The notes: generated by a model from the letters alone, not told the origin. Numbered from the stretch's first letter, positions 12,037 through 25,515 are shown. The stretch is DNA of 64,000 nt from Octopus vulgaris (GCA_951406725.2 OX597826.1:58776001-58840000); one strand, 5' to 3'. Numbers and translations: made by a program.

Positions 12037-12299
12037 AAAATGACTTAGCGTTTCTGCAAACGAGATCGATAAAATCACTTAGCGATTCGACAAACGAGGT
12101 TGATAAAATGATGTAGGTAGCGGTTCGCGAAACGAGATCGTTAAAATGACTTAGCGGTTCGACAAACGGCATCGATAAAATGACCTAGTGTTTCGACACA
12201 CGAGATCGATAGAATGACTAACGGTTCGACAAAGGAGATCAATAAAATGACTTAGTGGTTCGACAAACGAGATCGATAAAATTACATTAGCGGTTCGCC
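12037..12299 (+). repeat. 34-bp minisatellite, ~7.7 units
   Basis: Unit consensus aaaatgacttagcggttcgacaaacgagatcgat, contiguous with no spacers. Confidence 0.9.
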
Positions 12300-13189
12300 A
12301 TTCGTCCTACACGTAATACAGCCTATTCGACATAAGTAGGCATGTTAGCAGAATGATTACATTGCCTTGTGCGTATCTTGGATTGGCGCAGCAGAGGACA
12401 CATCCGTGCATGTAGAGCTTATCTCGAATCAATAGTGCTATCCTAGATGAACTGCCATACCAGAGATTTCTGAAGAATATATATATGGGCCCTAGCCCGA
12501 AAGTCCTCCAGAATAGACTTGTTGGTTGAGTTTTCTACGAGCGTCGTCACTTCTGCTCCTTATAAATTTTTCCGCTGAAAATGAACATGGAACCTCCACC
12601 TATCGCATTGCCCAGCTGGCTGAATGTATGTGACCCCTCTTGGCAGCATTCAAGCTGCCGAGTTCAAGGTCTCAGTCTTCGCTTCACCGAAGATTTGCAG
12701 TTCTGTGAAAGAGGGCGAGGTGGGGGTAAAATACATCTGACAAAGGTGATCACACGCGTTTACAGTTAAGGAATCGCTGGAAAAGTCGACATAGCCTCAG
12801 CGCATGTTTGCTCACCAATGAACCATGGAACACCAAGTCCTCCTATGTAACGGTGGTTGACAGTAAACGTAGCGTCTGAGCATACGAACACTTCCCTTCT
12901 ATAAAAAGCGGAAAGGCAGACACACCGGTCCGATCAGAATTAATTTATGGCAATGCACGACGGAAAGAGCTCGGTACTGTTAAGTAAAATGAAGACAAAA
13001 CGGGCGAAAAAAATAAGAAGCAAAATAAGAATGATGGCGGATTTACATCGTGTAAAAGCATGAAATCCGCGAACAGAACTCAGCCTTATTAATGTAATAA
13101 CAATTAACTGCAATAGCAATATGGAACTAATACTGATATCAATATAATAAAAAGAAAAATAACACCACAATCACAACGACCACAATAAT

Positions 13190-13586
13190 AATCCTTTCTA
13201 CTATAGGAGCAAAGCCTGAAATTTGCCACAAAGGCAGCAATTTTGGGGAAGAGAATGGGTCGATTACCTGAATCCTCGTGTTTCACTGACACTCAATTTA
13301 TCGAGCCCGAAAGGATGAAAGGCAAAATCGACTTCGGCGGAATTTCAACTGAGAATGTAGCGGCGGGCGAGATACCTATTTCTTTACTACCCACAAGAGA
13401 GAGGACAAACGGATTAAGTCGATTATATCGACTCCAGTGCGTACCTGGTACTTAATATACCGACCCCGAAAGGATGAAAGTCAAAGTCGACCTCGGCGGA
13501 ATTTGAACTCAGGACGTAACGGCAGACGAAATTACGGCTACGCATTTCGCCCGGCGTGCTAACGATTCTGCCAGCTCGTCGCCTTC

Positions 13587-13587
<1 letters not shown>
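13190..13587 (-). mobile_element. SINE family B, head-to-tail dimer
   Basis: Two successive ccgaaaggatgaaag.caaa.tcgac.tcggcggaattt cores; head ...gattctgccagctcgtcgcc. Confidence 0.85.
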
Positions 13588-13629
<42 letters not shown>

Positions 13630-13639
13630 GGATAAAATA

Positions 13640-13692
<53 letters not shown>

Positions 13693-13929
13693 AATAATAA
13701 TAATGATAATAATAATCATAATAAATAATAATAATAAGGAGGCGGTATCCAGTTCTTTAGCGGGGTACTTCTCTTTGAAGTATCGACGGTGTTTGTGTTT
13801 CAAACATTTGACGCCTGTGTATAAAATTTACGCCTCAATCATAATGTTAAAACTGTAGAAAAAACCTTTTAAACATTTTAGTTATGTATATGTAAACAAC
13901 GTTGTCTTTTTTTAGCAGATTATTTTGAT

Positions 13930-14004
<75 letters not shown>

Positions 14005-14839
14005 TCACAGCACGCGGGTTAACCATCAACGGCACATATACATACACACACACCCTTTCTTGTATATATATATATATATATATACTCGTTCTCTTGTATT
14101 TGTATAGCCTTCTCCATCACTACAATCTCGAGTTACGAAATAAGGAAACTATTGCAATAGTGTTGACTAACAAACCTATCATTGCGTGTTCTTAATATTC
14201 TTGTTCGTATGTATACATACATACACATATATGTACACATATAACGTGTGTATATATATATATAATATACATTTACATTATACATATTTGTCAACATAAC
14301 ATATACACATACATACACATTTATGTACCCACATACACATTTCTATGTATGTATATATGTATGTATGCATGTATGTATGTATGCATGTATGTATGTATGT
14401 ATGTATGTATGTATGTATGTATGTATGTATGTATGTATGTATGTATGTATGTATCTGTGTGTGTGTGTGTGTATGTTCGTATATGTGCATAGCGTAATGA
14501 TTTTAAGCGTAAAACACCGAACATTTACTGGTGGAAAATGTCCCACTACAGAAAAACGTACACATATATATATATATATATAATTTTGTGTGTCTGTGTA
14601 GACACACACACACACACACACACACACAAATGAACACACACACACACACACACATTTGTGGCGCGCTGTTTACATGAGTGACTGTTAGAGGAAGACATGA
14701 GGGAATAAAACGCAAGTAAGAATGATACAATGTTGACAACGTCTAAAATTACATCTACAGAGATTGAACCGAGATACCAGGCTACATGATATCTAAACCA
14801 TTACTATAAACTATTTAGGAAGTTGAAGATAATACCTCA

Positions 14840-14883
<44 letters not shown>

Positions 14884-15144
14884 GCCCCTCTGTTCCTCAT
14901 GGATACTTTTCGGCACTCTAGGCTTACATCCTGTTTCTCGACGTAAAGTGCACTCCTGTAATCGAACCCGTGGAGCGAAATTCATTTGTTCATTTAAACC
15001 GAGTTGACGAATCACTTCGACTTTAATCTTGAGTTCAGTTGACAAACGGAATTATCTCGATCAGCTTGAAAGATGCGAATAAAAAAAACTTGGAGTAGCA
15101 TCGGTGACATTTTTAGTTAACGCTTTACAAAAATAAATAAATAC

Positions 15145-15258
<114 letters not shown>

Positions 15259-15340
15259 GTTTTTGTGTGTGTGTATGCGTGCATACATATATACATACAC
15301 TCACATATAAATTTATATACATACGTATATACACATGTAT

Positions 15341-15378
<38 letters not shown>

Positions 15379-15542
15379 CACACATACATATACGCACACA
15401 TACGTATATGTACATTACACATTACAAATAGCTATATGTGGGAAAACTTTGGATACCTTCGTAGATTTGATCGAAAAGATATTTTGGAACTCGACCGAGG
15501 AAAGAAAACTCCGAATATATATACATATACACACACACATAT

Positions 15543-15597
<55 letters not shown>

Positions 15598-15649
15598 AAT
15601 GTATTCATATATATATATGTATATTCATCCATATATATATATACATATG

Positions 15650-15726
<77 letters not shown>

Positions 15727-15764
15727 ATGTATGTATGTATGTGTGTGTGTGTGTGACCGCATGT

Positions 15765-15954
15765 GTATTGTTGGCGATTTTCTTTCTCCGACTTCCCTTC
15801 CTTGGACCTTTCTTTTTTCTATTTTTCTGACGAAGAGCTCCGCTCGAAACGTTAAATCCTCCTTCTTTCTTTCCTATCCTGAGAGTTCAATAACACTATA
15901 CTTGAGCCACGTCCTCGCGTTGCTGTGTTTTCTTTTTGTTCATATTTGGGTTAA

Positions 15955-15957
<3 letters not shown>
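15765..15957 (+). mobile_element. Penelope-like 3' terminal fragment ending at (TA)n
   Basis: About 190 bp homologous to 59262-59440 and 9010-9180(-); contains a hammerhead motif. Confidence 0.65.
15824..15856 (+). ncRNA. Minimal type-I hammerhead ribozyme candidate
   Basis: ttt-CTGACGA-a-GAGC-tcc-GCTC-GAA-ACGT-T-aaa: catalytic boxes CUGANGA and GAAA, 4-bp stem II, palindromic stem III (ACGU), short stem I. Confidence 0.6.
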
Positions 15958-16024
<67 letters not shown>

Positions 16025-16107
16025 ATTTATATAAATATATATGTATACGAATATATGCATATGTATCTATATATGAATATGAATATATGTGTATATGTAT
16101 ATGTATA

Positions 16108-16168
<61 letters not shown>

Positions 16169-16773
16169 CCTTGTACACACACACACACATTTATATACAA
16201 ACGAGCGCATTTTTGCTTATCCATGTAATTTTGTATGACGATGTATCTGTATATATTCGCATCTATCTGCTCCTAAGTACGTTATATTTGCATAACTAAA
16301 TTTCCCATTAATATAATCTGTATGTATATGCATTTGTATATATACACACATATGTGCATCTATAAACATAAATACATAGGTAGACACAAAGTTACACACA
16401 CACACACACACGCGTATATATTAGTACATGTGTGTGCTTATGTGCGTGTGTATGTGAGAGTATGTGTGTATTTATGTACGCGTATACGTGTGTTGGTAAC
16501 AGTCGTTAATTGTTTGGTCCGGGCTGACGCCATTTTTGACATATTTGTGTTTTTAATCATGATGACTAAAACACACATAGAAACTGAGCTGATTATTTTG
16601 GTACCTCATGTATAGGGTTTTATTTCACCCAGGCCCGCGTTAATACGCACACACACACACACTTACACACTTACACACACACGCAGACATAGCTACATAC
16701 CTATATATAATATAGACATACATGCATACATACATACATACATACATACATACATACATACATACATACATAC

Positions 16774-16852
<79 letters not shown>

Positions 16853-16975
16853 TACATACATACGTACATATATATATATATATATATATACATATATATG
16901 TATACACACATTTTTCCATGCAAACATATAGTTACCCACATACCTCACACTCATTTTAGTATATATACATATGTA

Positions 16976-17093
<118 letters not shown>

Positions 17094-17189
17094 TATATAT
17101 GTATGTATACACACATTTTTCCATGCAAACATATATTTACCCACACATGTACGCTGTGAAGTATTCTGGTGCTATGAAATCTATTGAGT

Positions 17190-18116
17190 GAATATGAACA
17201 CTGACCTTTGAAATTTGTACTCTCTTACTTGGCTTTAAATTTCTCTCTCTTTCTGTCTCCCTCTCTCTCTCTCTCTCTCCCTCTCGGGAAGTAAGAAAGC
17301 CTTTTACATTTCGAGCCTACGCTCTTTGACTGAAAGGAACACAGAAATAAACAGGAAGAAAAAATGAAAAAGTTTTAGTGACTGGCGATCTATCATGGCG
17401 AATGCCGGAAAGAGGGGTCACACATGAACTAGGAAGAAGTGGAGATAATAAAGTAGTGGTGATCCCCAAACGAAGGTCCGCGTGTGTGTGTGAGAGCGTG
17501 TATTTGCATGTGGAAAGCAGCTGGTTACCTTGACGTGCGTGTGTGTGCATGTGTAGGTGTGTAGTTGATGGTGGTGGTGCTGGGAAGTGGTGAGTGCTAG
17601 TGTGTGCGGGGTGGTGTGTGATTGGTGGTGTGGTCTAGGGGTGTGTTGTTGGGGTGTGGGGGAGCCGAGAGTGGGGAAGCAAGGGTAGGTCTAAGAGATG
17701 GGTGGGGATGGAATGTATAGTTATGGTGATGTTGGAATGAGTAGAGGTGGGGTAACGAGGGAGGGGTGACGATGAAGGGAGGGGTGGAAGGGAGAAGGTG
17801 GTTAGGAAAGAAGAGAGGAAGTAGGTGTCAGGCCCAGAGAGGAGAGGTGGGCGGGAAGAAGAAGGTGTGAGATGAAGAGGGGAGAGAGGAGGAGGGTTAG
17901 ATGAAGAGGGGAGGAGAGTTGAGCCCATGTGCATAGAGGTGTGAAGAGAAGATTTATCCCTGCTCACGTTGAAGACGGGAATCCGGATGGACCCTGTGCA
18001 AGGACAATCCGTACACACAGGTGTTGTAAAGAGTGACCGGTGACCGGTCTGATGTCTCGGAGGTGTTACGCGAACCGGTCAGCCAAGCGGTGTCCCGTTT
18101 GACCGATGTATAGGGA
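17190..18116 (-). mobile_element. Penelope-like retroelement 3' part: GIY-YIG endonuclease remnant, 3' UTR and degenerate hammerhead
   Basis: Minus-strand LYIGQTGHRLADRFA*HLRDIR ... SRLQREQG*IFSL.T...GLN (GIY-YIG C-terminal half typical of PLEs). Downstream at 17301-17336: cttt-cagtcaa-agagc-gtag-gctc-gaaa-tgta-aaag. Confidence 0.8.
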
Positions 18117-18202
18117 AGGACAGAGAGAGAGAGAGAGAGAGAGAGCAGACACACATCATGCATATTCATAAATACACACACACACACACACACACACACA
18201 TT

Positions 18203-18238
<36 letters not shown>

Positions 18239-18614
18239 GTAATGCATTATTATTTTTATTGAAACTTCTTCACTGTTCTCGTTCTGTCAGCGTTTTGGCG
18301 TTTCAGTCGAGTTTATTGGCATTGATGTGGCAACATCTGAAATGTTGTCGAGGTATATGTTGGCTGATGAAGATAAATCAATTATATGTGTGTAGACATA
18401 TCTTGAAAAATCTGAAACCGGTACCACATTATCCCTTTCTAGGTATTTCATCTTTCAGATGTTCTCCCTGGAGGTAAGACAATTTTTTTCAAGTTTGTTG
18501 CACACACGCATTTTTGCTAGTACATACGCGGTGAAGCTATACATTAGTGTCGTATTTATTACGTTCGCTATTTTCCAGTAAATATCGGTACTTCGTTGTG
18601 CCATATATTTACTT

Positions 18615-19155
<541 letters not shown>

Positions 19156-19174
19156 CTATTATTATCATTATTAT

Positions 19175-19910
19175 GCTAGTCCTGTTAGTTTAGTAAGAAG
19201 GTACTCCATCCTGAAGTGTTGCGACGCCAAATTTTCTTAACTCTCAAGAATATTTCTTAAGATTCTTGCAGATGGTATTTTTTCTGCAAGTCGATAATGC
19301 CAGTTTCAATTCCATTGGGTGTTGTGCCAAGCGCACCATTTATCAATAACAAAAATAATTGTCATCTTGGTCTTCCACAATCTCCTCAGGTCTCTGGGTA
19401 GATCCCATTTCTCAATTTTTTCAATTTCTTTGGCATCGGTTCAGTTATCATAGGGAATTGCAAGATCTATGATCTTCAAGTGTTTGTTTATTTTGTCTCT
19501 ATGCTAATATCTGGTCTTCTTGCTTCAATAGTGTGGTCAGACTTTATGGGGAAATCCCAGAAGACCTTCTGGGTCTCATTCCCTACCACAGCCTCTGGTT
19601 CGTGTTCATACAACTTTTCGGTTGTTTTGAAGTCACACACTCGGCTAACATCCCAATGCACTCTATTACCTACATAGTCATGCATGCGTTTATATTCTTT
19701 TTGCGCTAGTATATTGCACTCAACTCAATGAAAAGGTAATTCTTTCATCTATTTTTCTGCAGATTCTACATTTGCTATATGACTGAGTTTTGTCGATTTT
19801 TACCTTTATTAGAGTTGTTCTCAGGGCTTGTTACTGAGCGGTTATAATTAGTGTTTCTGTCTATGTTTTCAAGTTCTCGACTGTCAAACAGAGCCAGTGA
19901 ATTTTATTTC
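19175..19910 (-). mobile_element. R4/Dong-clade (restriction-like endonuclease) non-LTR retrotransposon, degraded 3' end
   Basis: Minus strand: QALRT, KCRICRK...ECNILAQKEYKRMHD (CCHC knuckle), HW...YEHEPEAVV.NE..KVFWDFPIKSDHTIEARRPDI (REL domain), ...ARILRNILES*, ending in (TAA)-rich sequence. Confidence 0.85.
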
Positions 19911-20099
19911 CAGCACTCTCTGTTGAGAGAATCAATATTTTTTAGTACAAATGAGTCCGGTGTAAATAAGTTCCAAATGATGATTTATGAGCGCCTTGGG
20001 AACTTGTGATATAGAGCAAACGATTGGGTACAAAGATGAGAGACATATCTATATGAATTTGGATGTATAAATACGTATGCATACATACATCAAAAGCCT

Positions 20100-20337
20100 T
20101 TCCAGAGTCATAGGTTGACAAAGTTGATTTCCAGGTTTCTTTGGGTCATATATACTTGTTCTAGACGGGACGATGGTCCGTTGCAAGATCACTATTTTTT
20201 GTTAGTTGATTGGACTGGTGAAAACGGAAAAGGAAGTGTTTTGTTGAAGAGCACAATGTAACGCTCGTTCAAGAAATCTAAAACACAATCCTATGATCAT
20301 GAGTGCAAAACACTAACCACTAATCCATGCGCCTCCA
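20100..20337 (-). mobile_element. Diverged tRNA-derived SINE (family C/D-like)
   Basis: Minus-strand head ggaggcgcatggattagtggttagtg...tcatgatcataggattgtg, followed by a tgtgctcttcaacaaaacactt core. Confidence 0.5.
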
Positions 20338-20388
<51 letters not shown>

Positions 20389-20646
20389 TTACACACACAC
20401 AGTAATATATACTCGATATCATCGTTGGACTTTGAAGTAAATAAAACTATAAATATTAGCGTATAGATATTGTGTAAAGAACAATATTTACTCGCTATTA
20501 TGTGTGGATTTATCTACTTCACATCCACCTTTAAAAATAAATTATTTCACGTTCTTTCGAAGTTTCTATAAATACCTATGATGTAAACGCCCCCCACACA
20601 CACATATGCATGACCACGGTCAAATGATTGAAACTAAAAGAATAAA

Positions 20647-20731
<85 letters not shown>

Positions 20732-20735
<4 letters not shown>

Positions 20736-21615
20736 GTTTGATCAACAAGTATCCAGACTTGTGCAATAGTAATAAAGCTAAAATACGCAGAGTAAAGCCG
20801 CTTGGCAAAAATTGACCTTGACCTCAGCTGTGCATGTGCACGAAGTTTTAACGTTCTAGCTCACTTCCGCTGTTTATAGCAACTCTTGGAAGGAAAGCGT
20901 GTAGCGTGTGATCGTCGCATTGACCACGACAGAGAAAGTTGTCATGGCGATACCTGCTCAGAGGTCTAAGCAAAGTGGCAGGAAGTGTGTGGAGTGGAAT
21001 GTATGAGCTGCTCACACGTGTACCAGTGCTTCCAAGTTTACGATGTTTCCAAGATTGCCCCCAAAATGTCAATTGCGACGAACGTTCTGGAAGACACGCT
21101 AACAGAAGAAGTGAGAAAAACATCGCAGATACGTGTGTCTCTGTGAGGCGAAACCGTCGAATTACCATCAATGAGTTATCAGAGGACGTACAGATTAGTT
21201 ACGGTTCAGTTCAGTCCATTATCACTGAAGATTTGGGTATGAGACGAGTGTCTGCCAAGTTGTGCTAAAACAGCTTTCAGCCAACCAAAATGACACTCGG
21301 GTTTCAATTGTACAAGATCTCCTCGATTGTATCGAGAGCGATGAAAACTTGAAAACTTTGCGTAAGCCTCCGATCAGGTATACGCCAAGCTTTTGGCAAA
21401 ATTTGATGGATATTCTCCGCCAACTTTCTCCGCCATGGTCAATGCGACGATCACACGCTACACACCTTCCTTCCAAGCTCTAGAAGTTAGTAAGAGCGTT
21501 AAAACTTAATGCGTATCCACGGCAGAGTTGAACGTTAATTTGTGCCAAATGGCTTTACTCTGCGTGTTTTAGCTTCTTTACTACAACAGTCCGGATTCTC
21601 ATTCATCAGATCACG
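20732..21615 (+). mobile_element. Non-autonomous mariner derivative with very long TIRs (second copy)
   Basis: TA-cgaggtttgatcaacaagta ... catcagatcacg-TA; internal NRRITINELSEDVQISYGSVQSIITEDLGMRRVSAK transposase HTH. Confidence 0.85.
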
Positions 21616-21740
21616 TATAACGTATATATGAGCCCATAAATAAAAAGAGACAGCAACGAGAGACTGTATTAAAATATGTAAGTAACCAGACACTTCTTAA
21701 TTACAGTGAACAGAATGGAATGTGAGTAGTAATTTGTAAA

Positions 21741-21770
<30 letters not shown>

Positions 21771-21771
<1 letters not shown>

Positions 21772-22505
21772 CTCTTTTACTTGTTTCAGTCATTTGACTG
21801 TGGCCATGCTGGAGCACCGCCTTTTAGTCGAGCAAATCGACCCCAGGACTTACTCTTTGTAAGCCTAGTACTTATTCTATAAGTCTCTTTTGCCGAACCG
21901 CTAAGTTACGGGGACGTAAACACACCAACATCGGTTGTCAAACACAGACACACAGAGGCTATAGTAGAAGACACTTGCCCAAGGTGCAACACAGTAGGAC
22001 TGAACCAGGAACCATGTGGTTGGTAAGCAAGCTACTTACCATACAGCCACTCCTACACCTATATATATATATATGTGTGTGTGTGTGCGCGTGTGTGTGT
22101 ATGTATGTATATATATGTGTATGTGTGTGTATGTGTGTATGTATATATCTATGTATGTATTTGTATGGTTATAGGTTTGTGTGTGTGTATTATACACACA
22201 TACCTATATGCATATAGGTATGTGTGTATAATACATATTATCTTTCATGTCTTTACATGTTTCAGTTATTAGACTGCAGCCATGTAGAATTTTTGTCCTA
22301 GTACTTATTCTATCAGTTTCCTTTACCGAACCGACGGCTATTTTACGGGGACGTAAATACACCAACACCGGTTGTCAAGATGATGGGCTTCTTTCAGTTT
22401 CGGTCTTATGAATCATCTCACAAGGCTTTGATCGGCCCCGAGATTACGGTAAAAGACAATCGTCTCATGTACCACGCAGTGGGTTTGTACCCGTTACCAT
22501 GTAGT
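21771..22505 (-). mobile_element. Two SINE family A copies (21771-22040 internally deleted; 22248-22505 diverged)
   Basis: Reverse complement of the family A consensus (actcttttacttgtttcagtcatttgactg...aaccatgtggttggtaagcaagctacttacc). Confidence 0.8.
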
Positions 22506-22597
22506 CTTAGACCACCTCCGACACACACAAATCCACACACAACACACACACACACTGACACATACACATATACGTACACACGCTCGCTCACCTTTGT

Positions 22598-22980
22598 GGG
22601 TGGAAGCACTCCGTCGGTTACGACGATGAGGGTTCCGGTTGATCCGACCAACGGAACAGCCTGCTCGTGAAATTAACGTGTAAGTGGCTGAGCACTCCAC
22701 AGACACGTGTACCCTTAACGTAGTTCTCGGGGATATTCAGCGTGACACAGAGTGACAAGGCCGGTCCCTTGAAATACAGGTACAACAGAAACAGGAAGTA
22801 AGAGTGAGAGAAAGTTGTGGTGAAAGAGTACAGCAGGGATCACCACCATGCCCTGCCGGAGCATCGTGGAGCTTTAGTTGTTTTCGCTCAATAAACACTC
22901 ACAACGCCCGGTCTGGGAATCGAAACCGCGATCCTACGACCGCGAGTCCGCTGCCCTAACCACTGGGCTATTGCGCCTCC
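22598..22980 (-). mobile_element. tRNA-derived SINE family C, full length with TSD
   Basis: Minus-strand tRNA-like head ggaggcgcaatagcccagtggttagggcagcggactcgcggtcgtaggatcgcggtttcgattccc; tcacctttgt duplicated at 22588 and 22981. Confidence 0.9.
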
Positions 22981-23391
22981 TCACCTTTGTATATGCACGT
23001 ATGACACATGGAGAAGGGTATGAAACAGAGCGACCAGCTACAGATTACCATCAATAAATGTGTTAATAAGCCCATAAATATAAAGAGACAACAGCGACAG
23101 AGACTGTATTAAAATATGTAAGTAACCAGACACTTCTTAATTACAGCGAACAGAATAATGGAGTGTGAGTAGTAATTTGTAAATGATATAAAGTTTAGTA
23201 AGGTGGAGGTGGGTGAAGGTGGGGGATGTGTAATTTGTGTCAGGGAATGTTTAGTTATTTTAGTGAGTCCGTCCTACTGTTGCACTTGACGAACAATGAA
23301 CTTTCACTCCTGTCGTTTCTCTTTTTCTGTCTCTTACTCTCTTTATCTATGTCAATCTCTGATTACTGTCTGTCTGTCTGATTGTCTCTCT

Positions 23392-23456
<65 letters not shown>

Positions 23457-23508
23457 CGGGAAGCTTTATGAAAATAGACAAAAGACGAAGGCAGGTGGAA
23501 AACAAACG

Positions 23509-23559
<51 letters not shown>

Positions 23560-23633
23560 TATATATAAATATATGTTTATATATATATATATACGTACAT
23601 ATATATATATATATATACTTGTATATGTATATA

Positions 23634-23664
<31 letters not shown>

Positions 23665-24148
23665 ATACATATATATTTATTTATTTATATATGTATATAT
23701 ATATATATATTCCTGTATACGTATGTGTATATGTACGTCTATATATATATATATGTGTATATAATTTATACATAAATATGTCTATATATACATAAGTACA
23801 TATACATGTACATACAAATATGCATACAAAGATATATATATATACATACATACATACATACATACATATACATACATACATACATACATACATACACACA
23901 CACGCACATATATATATATATATATATCTAACATCTCTTCTTTATTTACCCCAATTCACTGAACTAACTGATTGTTAATTGTCAACGTTATTTGTACAAG
24001 TAACTAACACGCTGCTATCCAATTAAATCCTGATTAAATTTTGGAGATGGTATATGAAACTTCCATAATGCAAACTTCCTTATTTGTCAGTATGCGTATC
24101 TATACATATATATATGTTATATGTGTTTATTATACATGTTCATAGAGA

Positions 24149-24340
24149 AGGCGGCGAGCTGGCGGAATCGTTAACACGCTGGGTTAAATACTTAACGATA
24201 TTTCGTCCGTCTTTACGTTCTGTGTTCAAATTCTGCCGGTGTCGACTTTGCCTTTCATCCTTTCGTCGTCAATAAATTAAGTATCAGTGTCTCTCAACTC
24301 CCCAAATTTCAGTCCTTGCGCCTATAGTAGGAAAGATTAT
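24149..24340 (+). mobile_element. SINE family B
   Basis: ggcggcgagctggcggaatcgttaac...gtcgactttgcctttcatccttt. Confidence 0.8.
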
Positions 24341-24357
24341 ACAAACTTACGAATATA

Positions 24358-24579
24358 CAGTGTAGGCCAAAAGTCACCCGACAGGAAATCAAAGTCCCAT
24401 AAATACTGTCTGTAATTCTGAATTAATTCGAATGGGAAAATGTGTCGCTCAAGAAGGACTTCGGCTTCAACAGTTTGAGGAATGCTTCATTTTTAATTGC
24501 TTTTATTAAATTTATTCCGGTGTTAAACATAAATAAATCCTGGAATTAAATGGTGTCAGGTGACTTTTGGCCAACCCTG
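24358..24579. mobile_element. Tc1/mariner-type MITE
   Basis: TA-cagtgtaggccaaaagtcacccgaca ... tgtcaggtgacttttggccaaccctg-TA. Confidence 0.8.
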
Positions 24580-24660
24580 TATATATATATAACAAAAAAA
24601 AATATAAATATATGCACATATACATACATATATGTCCATACCTACATATATATGTATATA

Positions 24661-25499
24661 TACATGCATATATGGCTACAGGACATAAAAAAAACGTTGA
24701 ACACAATGAGGAACGAAAACATAAAACAAAAACATAGAAACGAACTTTTTTTCAAACAACGAAAAAACAGAGAAACAAGACATACAACACAGGGAATATT
24801 CCCCTTCTTCAGGTGTCCCTGTTTCATCTACTCCACGTTCGAAGGTAAGGACAAGACGCGATTTCTTGAAACAGTCCTTCCCGCAAAGCAAATTAAATAA
24901 ACTTTGGGATTTTTTGCGGAAGGTGGAAGTGGTAACAAGAACAGGACAGGAAGAAGAAAACGGTAAAAACAATAAAAGAGCAAAAACAGTAAAAGATAGA
25001 ACAATGAGAACAAAACAGTAAAAACAAACGATGAGAACTGTTAAGCCATGACTATGGAAAATTATTCTGAACGTTTAAGGAGACGAGCTTATGAAGAAAC
25101 AGGATAAGCTGGTCTGGTCTTTGTGAAGAGAGCAGTCAGAAAGATGGCTTCCCTATGGTCACGTGTCAGCGACGAGAGAGTCGAGGATGAGGAGTAAGAG
25201 AGAGAGAACAGTGAAGGGTAGAGAAGAATAGGGAAGGATGGGAGAGAAAACCAGAAAGGATTAAGAACAAGAGAGGGAGAGAGATAGACACAGAAGAGAT
25301 AGTAAAGAAGAGTGCGCGGCACGTGATCAGAGGGAAGCCATTTTTCCGACTGCTATCTTCACAAAGACCAGACTAGCTTATCCTGTCTCTTCATAAGCTG
25401 TCCCCTTAAGTGTACAGAATAATTTTTCCATCGTCTTGGCTTAACAACCCTCATCGTTTGTTTTTTCTGTTTTGTTTTTACTGTCCTGTTCTTGTTACG
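24661..25499. mobile_element. (TA)n-associated element with internal inverted repeat (probably Penelope-like terminus)
   Basis: Arms ~24931-25170 and ~25315-25499 are diverged reverse complements around a GA-rich spacer. Its start tacatgcatatatgg.tacaggaca recurs at 26281. Confidence 0.55.
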
Positions 25500-25515
25500 T
25501 ATGTATGTAAATGTA

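Larger units (their letters stand above)
21631..23190 (+). repeat. ~120-bp direct repeat pair (21631-21748 and 23069-23190)
   Basis: agcccataaata...gagactgtattaaaatatgtaagtaaccagacacttcttaattacag...gtgagtagtaatttgtaaatgatata occurs twice. Confidence 0.9.

Noticed and set aside
12037-12299. CRISPR-like appearance of a 34-bp repeat
   Set aside because: Units are contiguous with no unique spacers, there are no cas genes, and the context is eukaryotic; it is a minisatellite.
22905-22980. tRNA gene-like sequence on the minus strand
   Set aside because: It is the head of a SINE with body, tail and TSD; it has no proper acceptor stem or terminator.
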